52,547 bases of DNA from a virus (taxonomy: Duplodnaviria > Caudoviricetes): positions 1 through 52,547 of the IMG/VR virus record IMGVR_UViG_3300032224_000653. One strand, 5' to 3'. Positions 45,907 to 52,547 of this stretch are shown here, in pieces. The notes below the pieces were generated by a model that saw only the letters and a program-made list of their open reading frames with translations, did no database searches and was not told where the DNA came from. Every line of letters starts with the position of its first letter. The stretch's first letter is position 1. The translations under genes were made by a program, and so were the position numbers.

Positions 45907-47342
45907 CAGAAAAACAAGAGCTTGAGATTAAAAAATTTGCGGCGGCGCGTAAACACTGGCCCAACAACCAGCTAGAGGCCGCGATTTGGCAAATAAAATG
46001 GAGGCTGCAGGCGCTTCCTCACCAAAAAGAACCACAAGACGGAGAGTATGACACATTTCTTATGCTGGCCGGTCGCGGATCCGGCAAGACACACACGGCC
46101 TCTCATTGGATTGGCATTCGTGCTTGGATGTATGACAACACACGCTGGCTCGTCACTGCCCCAACCTCCAATGATATACGCGCAACTTGTTTTGAGGGAG
46201 ACAGTGGACTTCTCAATATCATCCCCAAGTCACTTATACGCGATTACAACAAGTCCCTCTTCGAGATTACACTCATCAATGGGTCCCTCATCCAGGGCAT
46301 CCCCGCCTCCGAGCCAGAGCGCTACCGTGGTAAACAGTATCACGGGGCATGGTTCGACGAGCTGTGCGCGTTCGATTACATCGACGAGGCCTACGATGGA
46401 GTACAGTTCACGCTACGTCTTAGGGACCCCCGAATCCCTCGCGTGCAGCAGATTATTACCACCACACCAAAACCAAAAGAGCTCATCGTTGACCTCAACG
46501 AGGGAAAGGTAGGCGGCGACGTCTATGTCGCAAACGCCTCCTCGTACGACAACCGGGCAAACCTATCAGAGACGTTCTTTAAGCAGCTTGAGTCGTATGA
46601 CGGGACCGACATCGGAAGACAGGAGATCTATGGCGAGATCCTTGACCCAGAGGCGGCCGGTATCATCAAGCGCAAGCACTTCCGCATGTGGCCCGCAAAC
46701 ATGCCCACACCAGACCTCGAGTACGTGATCGCCTCGTATGACCCGGCGACCTCTGAGAAGACGGTCAACGACCCAACCGCGTGCACGGTCTGGGGCGTGT
46801 TTGAAAGAATGGATGCCGGTACCTGCGTGATACTGCTAGACTCATGGGACGCCCACCTCTCGTACCCCGAGCTGCGCCGTAAAGTAATTGATGACTTTAA
46901 GGAGGTCGTCTATGGATCGGACAACGACTTTGCCAAGGGAAGAAAGGCGGACCTCATCCTTATGGAGGACAAGTCGGCCGGTATCTCACTGATCCAGGAG
47001 CTTCAAGGGTCTGGTGTCCCGGTGCAGGGATACAACCCGGGACGAGCCGATAAGGTCCAGCGTATCAACATCGTGGCGCCGCTGGTCGTCAAGGGCAAGG
47101 TATACATCCCCGAGGACGCCAAGATCAAGGGCGAGTACGCAGACTGGGCCAAGCGTTTTATTCGCCAGGTGTGCTCGTTCCCTGAGGCCGGTGGCCATGA
47201 TGACTATGTCGACTCGCTCTCACAGGCGCTGCGTGTGCTAAGAGACGTCGGCTGGCTGCAGCTTGATCCGTTGCCTGCGAGAGACTACGACTACGCCGAC
47301 GACATAGCCAAGAACCGATCCGCCAACCCCTACGCCCAATAA
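45897..47342 (+). CDS. terL: Terminase large subunit
   Basis: AGRGSGKT Walker A, AWFDE Walker B, ITTTP, SYDPA nuclease Asp, HDDYVD; GTG 45897 behind GGAG. Confidence 0.95.
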   Translation: MSLTEKQELEIKKFAAARKHWPNNQLEAAIWQIKWRLQALPHQKEPQDGEYDTFLMLAGRGSGKTHTASHWIGIRAWMYDNTRWLVTAPTSNDIRATCFEGDSGLLNIIPKSLIRDYNKSLFEITLINGSLIQGIPASEPERYRGKQYHGAWFDELCAFDYIDEAYDGVQFTLRLRDPRIPRVQQIITTTPKPKELIVDLNEGKVGGDVYVANASSYDNRANLSETFFKQLESYDGTDIGRQEIYGEILDPEAAGIIKRKHFRMWPANMPTPDLEYVIASYDPATSEKTVNDPTACTVWGVFERMDAGTCVILLDSWDAHLSYPELRRKVIDDFKEVVYGSDNDFAKGRKADLILMEDKSAGISLIQELQGSGVPVQGYNPGRADKVQRINIVAPLVVKGKVYIPEDAKIKGEYADWAKRFIRQVCSFPEAGGHDDYVDSLSQALRVLRDVGWLQLDPLPARDYDYADDIAKNRSANPYAQ

Positions 47343-47373
47343 GGGGCGGAAACCCACGCTTCTGCGTATTAGT
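47343..47373 (+). promoter_or_regulatory. Bipartite phage late promoter GGGGCG-N16-CGTATTAGT upstream of portal
   Basis: GGGGCG 47343-47348, CGTATTAGT 47365-47373. Confidence 0.75.
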
Positions 47374-47447
47374 TAAAATAAGGACCCTTTTGTCCTCCCC
47401 AATCATAGTCTCCTGAATCTATCAGGGGCCAAATCAAATAAAAGCAC

Positions 47448-50324
47448 ATGGCACAACCACAAATTCCGATTCAAATGGGTGGAAATTTACCCGGCCTTGA
47501 CCGTGAAGAAGACATCGAGCTTGCCGCTCAGCAAGACGCCGAGATGGAGGCATACGAGGATGCCTTGGGGCTAGACCCAAGCGAGGTCGAGCAGGAGGTC
47601 ATTGAAAACGAAGATGGCTCCGTGGTCATTAACTTTCAAGAAAAACAAGGCCCGCAAAAGAACCCCGAGTTTTATTCTAACCTGGCGGAAGAGTTTGACG
47701 AGGACGTCCTTGACGCACTAGCATCAGAGTACCTCGACTACATCGACGTAGACAAAGAGGCACGCAGCCAAAGAGACAAGCAGTACGAAGAAGGACTACG
47801 TCGTACAGGGCTAGGTAAAGATGCACCCGGCGGCGCGGTGTTTGATGGCGCCTCTAAGGTTGTGCACCCGGTCATGGCCGAGGCCTGCGTTGACTTTGCG
47901 GCATCCGCGGCAAAAGAATTACTGCCATCCGATGGCATGGTACGATCCAACATCAAGGGCGAGTCTGACCGCAACAAGGAAGACACAGCCGAGCGTAAGG
48001 TTAACTTCCTTAACTGGCAGCTCACCGACCAGGTGCCAGAGTTCCGCGACGAGATGGAGCAGCTGCTCACACAGCTACCACTTGGCGGATCACAGTTTCT
48101 TAAGTGGCGCTTTGATGACGAGCAGCTACGTCCTACCTGCGAGTGGGTGCCGATTGACAACATCATACTCCCCTACGCGACAACCAATTTTTATACATCC
48201 CAGCGTGTTTGCGAACAGCAAGACATCACCGAGGATATTTACCTACAACGCATTGAGCAGGAGATATACCGCGATGTAGACAACGCAAACTACTCCTCAG
48301 ATGCCCCACTAACCGATCAGACGCGCGCCGAGGCCGCGAACAACAAGATCGAGGGCAAGGCAGAGCCATCTAAGAACATCGACGGACTGCGTCGTGTCTA
48401 TGAGATTACCTGCTTCATGCGCATCGAGGAGGACCCAGAGACAGACGGCCGCCGCGCGCCATACATTTTAACAATTGACGAATCCAGCGGCAAGGTATTG
48501 GCATTGCGTCGTAACTGGGAGTCAGGTGATGAGAAGCTCGAGAAGTTGGATTGGTACGTTGAGTTCAAGTTCATTCCTTGGCGTGGCGCTTATGCTATTG
48601 GGCTTCCCCATCTTATTGGCGGGCTCTCTGCTGCTCTTACTGGCGCTCTACGTGCTCTGCTTGACGCTGCTCATATCAACAACAGTCAGACACTTCTTAA
48701 GCTCAAGACTGGACGCGTTAGCGGACAGAGTGACCGAATTGAACCCACTCAGGTAGTAGAGGTCGAGGCAGGACCAGGCGTTACCGACATCCGTCAGATT
48801 GCGATGGCGATGCCGTTCAATCCACCATCCTCAGTTCTTTTTGATTTATTAGGTTGGCTAACCGCGGCCGCTAAGGGTGTGGTATCCACATCCGAAGAAA
48901 AGATTGGCGAGGCAAACAACAACATGCCCGTAGGTACGGCACAGGCGCTGATCGAACAAGGCGCCAAGGTCTACTCGGCGATCCATGCGCGTCTGCATAG
49001 ATCACAGGCCAAGTCGTTACAAATTATTTCTCGTCTAAACCACTGGTACCTAGACGACATGGACAACCAGTCCGGTATGGAGATTGAGGTTCGTGACTTT
49101 GCGTATAACTCCGATGTCCAGCCGGTATCTGACCCCAACATATTTTCAGAGACACAGCGTCTTGCACAAAACCAGGCCCTACTACAGATGGCCACATCTG
49201 CGCCCCCTGGCATGTTCGATGTTCGTGCGGTCTATAAGCGCGTGCTCAAGCAATTAAAGGTTCCAGATGCAGAGGAGGTGTTGCCGAATCCATTAGGCGC
49301 CAACGAGTCTAACCCTGCGCTAGAGAACGTCTCTATGACCATGGGACACGCCGCTGCGGCATACCCAGACCAGGATCACATAGCACACATTAAGATTCAC
49401 CTCGAGTACGCACAAAACCCAGCATACGGCGGAAATCCAGTTATTGGGCCGGCGTACGCACCGATGGCGTTACAACACATCAAGCAGCACCTGACACTAC
49501 ACTACCTGCAGTCTATGCGTAAGTATGTGGCGCAGGCGGCTGGTGGACGTGATACCCTGAACCTACACGAAGAAAAGCCGTTAGATCAACAAGGTCAACA
49601 GGCCCTTGCTATCGCGTCACAGCTGGTTAACCAAGACTCGCAGCAAGAGATGGCACCATTTGTACAACAGATCCAGGCACTGGCACAAAAAGTTCAACAG
49701 GCTCAACAGCAGCAGGCCCAGTCTGCGGCGATGAATGATCCTACCGCGGCGGCGATTGTCAAGACACAGATGGCCGAGACAGAGCGCAAGACTCAAGAGT
49801 CCCAGCAGCGTCTACAGGCCGAACTGCAGCGCACACAGCAGGACTACGAGCTTAAGGTCGCACAACTACAGGCCAAGGTCCAAGAGCTGCAGGTTAAGTA
49901 CTCCACACAGACCGATATTGATAACCAACGCAACGCGACAGACATCGCGATGGCCAACATCAATAACTCTGCCAAGGAGCGTGTTGCCTACATTCAGGCA
50001 GGCGCACAGTTGGATCAACAACAGGCCCAGCTTGAGCACGAGCAAAACCTATCTGCGATTGACGCCATCCAGGCATCGGACGCAGACATACGTCAGCACG
50101 GCCTCGCAATTGAGCAGCAACAGTTCCAGACACAAGCAGATCAAGTACAAAAAGCAGCGGAGACCCAGCGTCAGGCAGCTTTGGCGCAGCAGCAGCATGA
50201 TCAACAAATACAGCAACAAGGCTTCCAGGCACAAAACCAAGCACTACAGAGTGGCCTAGAGCACCAACAAACACTAGAGCAACAGACAGCACAACCAACA
50301 ACACCCCCTACAGGAGCAATATAA
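47448..50324 (+). CDS. Portal protein with long Gln-rich C-terminal coiled coil
   Basis: Follows TerL; GASKVVHPVMAEA, YAIGLPHLIGGL, PVGTAQAL, PVSDPNIFS; P22-like barrel tail. Confidence 0.85.
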   Translation: MAQPQIPIQMGGNLPGLDREEDIELAAQQDAEMEAYEDALGLDPSEVEQEVIENEDGSVVINFQEKQGPQKNPEFYSNLAEEFDEDVLDALASEYLDYIDVDKEARSQRDKQYEEGLRRTGLGKDAPGGAVFDGASKVVHPVMAEACVDFAASAAKELLPSDGMVRSNIKGESDRNKEDTAERKVNFLNWQLTDQVPEFRDEMEQLLTQLPLGGSQFLKWRFDDEQLRPTCEWVPIDNIILPYATTNFYTSQRVCEQQDITEDIYLQRIEQEIYRDVDNANYSSDAPLTDQTRAEAANNKIEGKAEPSKNIDGLRRVYEITCFMRIEEDPETDGRRAPYILTIDESSGKVLALRRNWESGDEKLEKLDWYVEFKFIPWRGAYAIGLPHLIGGLSAALTGALRALLDAAHINNSQTLLKLKTGRVSGQSDRIEPTQVVEVEAGPGVTDIRQIAMAMPFNPPSSVLFDLLGWLTAAAKGVVSTSEEKIGEANNNMPVGTAQALIEQGAKVYSAIHARLHRSQAKSLQIISRLNHWYLDDMDNQSGMEIEVRDFAYNSDVQPVSDPNIFSETQRLAQNQALLQMATSAPPGMFDVRAVYKRVLKQLKVPDAEEVLPNPLGANESNPALENVSMTMGHAAAAYPDQDHIAHIKIHLEYAQNPAYGGNPVIGPAYAPMALQHIKQHLTLHYLQSMRKYVAQAAGGRDTLNLHEEKPLDQQGQQALAIASQLVNQDSQQEMAPFVQQIQALAQKVQQAQQQQAQSAAMNDPTAAAIVKTQMAETERKTQESQQRLQAELQRTQQDYELKVAQLQAKVQELQVKYSTQTDIDNQRNATDIAMANINNSAKERVAYIQAGAQLDQQQAQLEHEQNLSAIDAIQASDADIRQHGLAIEQQQFQTQADQVQKAAETQRQAALAQQQHDQQIQQQGFQAQNQALQSGLEHQQTLEQQTAQPTTPPTGAI

Positions 50325-50533
50325 TGGCCGACAATAACTTAAAAGGCTTTCGCCAAACGTATCAAGAGACTGGTAACTTATCTTCAGGCGGTGGCCCTGG
50401 TGATAAAAAATTAGACAAGGGCCCCTCTGGCTCTAAGCGCCCTAACAATGCAGTAAAAGGTAAACCCGCCCGCTCATCTAAGGTTGGCCCAGGTAAAAAC
50501 CTCAAAGACATCGACGGCGGCAATTTTTATTAA
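50324..50533 (+). CDS. Small Gly/Lys-rich protein
   Basis: GGAG RBS, TAATG coupling. Confidence 0.65.
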   Translation: MADNNLKGFRQTYQETGNLSSGGGPGDKKLDKGPSGSKRPNNAVKGKPARSSKVGPGKNLKDIDGGNFY

Positions 50534-50538
50534 TATTT

Positions 50539-50569
50539 GGGGCGGATTTATTCGCCTCAACGTATTAGT
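50539..50569 (+). promoter_or_regulatory. Bipartite phage late promoter GGGGCG-N16-CGTATTAGT (leaderless)
   Basis: GGGGCG 50539-50544; motif ends 6 nt before ATG 50576. Confidence 0.75.
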
Positions 50570-50575
50570 AAGAAT

Positions 50576-50767
50576 ATGAAGGACTTTATTAGCGAAATTA
50601 TCGGTCGTGTAAAGACTGAGATACAAATTCAAGCAGATACCGTCACTGCGGGAACAAACGTCAATTCATTTGATGACTATAGGCAATACGTTGGTAAAAT
50701 TGAGGGACTACAGATAGCCCTCGCAATTATTGACGAAATTTTGACGGAAGACGAAGAGGACCTGTAA
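50576..50767 (+). CDS. Small head-module protein
   Basis: SFDDYRQYVGKIEGL motif, typical of the gene before phage GroES-like genes. Confidence 0.7.
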   Translation: MKDFISEIIGRVKTEIQIQADTVTAGTNVNSFDDYRQYVGKIEGLQIALAIIDEILTEDEEDL

Positions 50768-50787
50768 AGGTTAAGGAGCACTGGATA

Positions 50788-51225
50788 GTGTTTGATTTGA
50801 AACAAAATGAAGAGCCAGATTTACGTTCAGAGCAGGAATGCTTTCCAGACGTAGACCCTGGGGTAGAAATTCTTGGTGACCGAGTACTTGTGCAGTTGCG
50901 CAGGGAAAAGATAACCAGTAAAGGTGGAATCATCCTCGTTGATGAGACCAGACAAACCTTACGTTTTAACGAGACGGTAGCTAAAGTAATCGGTATTGGT
51001 CCACTGGCATATAAGAGCCCTGAGGATCTATCACCCTGGATCGAGGGTCCGTGGTGTAAAGTTGGCGACTTAGTTCGCACAATTAAATACGGTGGCGATC
51101 GTTTTGTGGTGCAGCCAGATGATGATGGCGCCCCGGTGGTATTTATTACACTACAGGCGCGTGAGGTGATCTCTAAGATCAGATCATTCGAGGCGGCACA
51201 AAAAATGAAAGCGTTTGTAGATTAA
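50788..51225 (+). CDS. GroES-like co-chaperonin
   Basis: LGDRVLVQ, TSKGGIILV, VIGIGP, WCKVGD. Confidence 0.85.
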   Translation: MFDLKQNEEPDLRSEQECFPDVDPGVEILGDRVLVQLRREKITSKGGIILVDETRQTLRFNETVAKVIGIGPLAYKSPEDLSPWIEGPWCKVGDLVRTIKYGGDRFVVQPDDDGAPVVFITLQAREVISKIRSFEAAQKMKAFVD

Positions 51226-51243
51226 CTTTGTAGAAAGTACAAG

Positions 51244-52218
51244 ATGGCAGATAATGAAAAAAACGTTCCAATTAAGGAACAAGAAGATGGCTCAGTCTTA
51301 GCCAAGGTCGATGTCCCAGAGGGATTCGACGATGAAGACAAAGGCACCGAGGTAGAGATACCCGCCGACGACGAGGAGACTCGCAACGCCGCAGAGGATG
51401 ACGCCGCCGCAGAGGATGAAGGCGAAGACGAAGACGAACGCGAGAAGATCCGCGAGGCCAGACGTGAAGAGCGTAGGCTTAAAAAAGAATTACAAAAACA
51501 GCGTGAGGTATCGGCTAAACACAAAATCAGCGCGTTAGAAAAACGCAACGAGGAGTTAGCAAGACGCCTAGCGGCTGTAGAGAACACAGCAGCATCTTAT
51601 CAATTTGCACAGATTGACAAGGCCATCGAAGACGAGGCCACACGTGTCGAGTACGCAAAGATGAAGATGGTGCAGGCGGCCCAGGCCAACGACGTTAATG
51701 CTCAGATGGAATACCTAGAGCAATTAACCGACGCAAAGGACCGACTAAAGCAGGCCGAATATTATAAGAAACAACAACTCGAGTCAGCAAAGGCACCAAA
51801 GCAAAACGTGCCAAACGAGGCAGCTGAAGAGGTTCAACGCCAGGCAAAGGCCTGGTCCAAGAAGAACTCTTGGTTTGACCCACAGGCTCGAGACACAGAC
51901 AGTAGAATTGCAAAGGTAATTGACCAAGAACTCGCAACCGAAGGCTGGGATCCATCCGATCCTGAGTACTGGGATGAGTTAGACAGTCGTTTATCAGCGC
52001 GCCTGCCACACCGCTACACAGCAAAGGGTGGCAACACAAGACGAGGCGGCCCAACGGCCTCTAGTCGAGTGGCAAGCACCACCGCCAAGCCAGGCACAAT
52101 TACACTCTCACGGGATCGTGTAAATGCCATCAAGGACGCAGGTGCATGGGACGATGTTGAAAAACGAAACAAAATGATCAGAGCATACGCTCAGTATGAT
52201 CGTCAAAATAAAGGTTAA
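51244..52218 (+). CDS. Putative capsid scaffolding protein
   Basis: Acidic N-terminus, coiled coil, W..KNSWF, EYWDELD; position before the capsid module. Confidence 0.7.
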   Translation: MADNEKNVPIKEQEDGSVLAKVDVPEGFDDEDKGTEVEIPADDEETRNAAEDDAAAEDEGEDEDEREKIREARREERRLKKELQKQREVSAKHKISALEKRNEELARRLAAVENTAASYQFAQIDKAIEDEATRVEYAKMKMVQAAQANDVNAQMEYLEQLTDAKDRLKQAEYYKKQQLESAKAPKQNVPNEAAEEVQRQAKAWSKKNSWFDPQARDTDSRIAKVIDQELATEGWDPSDPEYWDELDSRLSARLPHRYTAKGGNTRRGGPTASSRVASTTAKPGTITLSRDRVNAIKDAGAWDDVEKRNKMIRAYAQYDRQNKG

Positions 52219-52223
52219 TTATC

Positions 52224-52547
52224 ATGGCAAATACAAGAATTAAACGGGACTTAGATGATCGCATGGCCGATCGTGCCCAAGAAGTGGTTGAGCGCTTAAA
52301 CGGCGCTAACTCTGATGACATTGCACGTCGTGAACGCCTTGATGCGTTTAGAGACAAGTGGGCAAATAGTGCGTTGCCCGATCTTCCTGCGGGGATTATT
52401 CCGGGGATGCACTTGTGTTGGTTGTCAACAACCAATACTTACGACAGTATCGACAAACGTATGGCGTTGGGTTATGAGCCAGTTAAAGCCTCCGAATTAG
52501 GAAAAGGCTTTGAAGGACTAGGCAAGATGAGCTCGGGCAAGTTTGAA
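52224..52547 (+). CDS. Head-module protein, truncated by the window end
   Basis: ATG 52224, open to the end (MANTRIKRDLDD...IPGMHLCWLSTTN...GYEPV). Confidence 0.7.
   Translation, partial: MANTRIKRDLDDRMADRAQEVVERLNGANSDDIARRERLDAFRDKWANSALPDLPAGIIPGMHLCWLSTTNTYDSIDKRMALGYEPVKASELGKGFEGLGKMSSGKFE

Noticed and set aside
50788-51225. GroES as a novel auxiliary gene
   Set aside because: Phage co-chaperonins in head modules are well known (T4 gp31 and many aquatic phages).
1-52547. Alternative genetic code or prophage state
   Set aside because: Genes are full length under the standard code; no integrase, repressor or host genes were seen.

Overview
The window is most of a lytic, podovirus-like dsDNA tailed phage genome. 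No integrase, tRNA or CRISPR array was seen, and the major capsid gene probably lies just past the right end. The host is probably a proteobacterium, inferred from sigma54/NtrC/IHF/Fur-type sites. Layout: plus-strand lysis, tail and ejection genes (1-18630); a minus-strand replication block (family A DNA polymerase, class II RNR, SSB, Cas4-like exonuclease, SNF2 helicase, VRR-NUC, primase-helicase) with an embedded late island carrying a TerS-like gene (18631-36050); a minus-strand early region of small ORFs behind a host sigma70 promoter (36343-43173); a non-coding control region (43200-44100); and a plus-strand packaging/head module (extein-less intein, TerL, portal, GroES-like, scaffold). 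Most interesting: (1) an apparently split phage sigma factor, with a region 1.2-2-3 gene in the early region and a separate region-4-like gene 8.6 kb away, matched by 13 copies of a CGTATTAGT promoter motif that fall into two classes (TTG-extended motif alone before replication genes; GGGGCG-N16-motif before late genes); (2) two type II hammerhead ribozymes bracketing one early gene so as to excise a potentially circularisable 406-nt mRNA; (3) an array of host transcription-factor sites (3 NtrC boxes, a sigma54 site, Fur, IHF, others); (4) a duplicated origin-like element whose AT-rich core is flipped between copies. All family assignments are by-eye motif recognition, not database searches.
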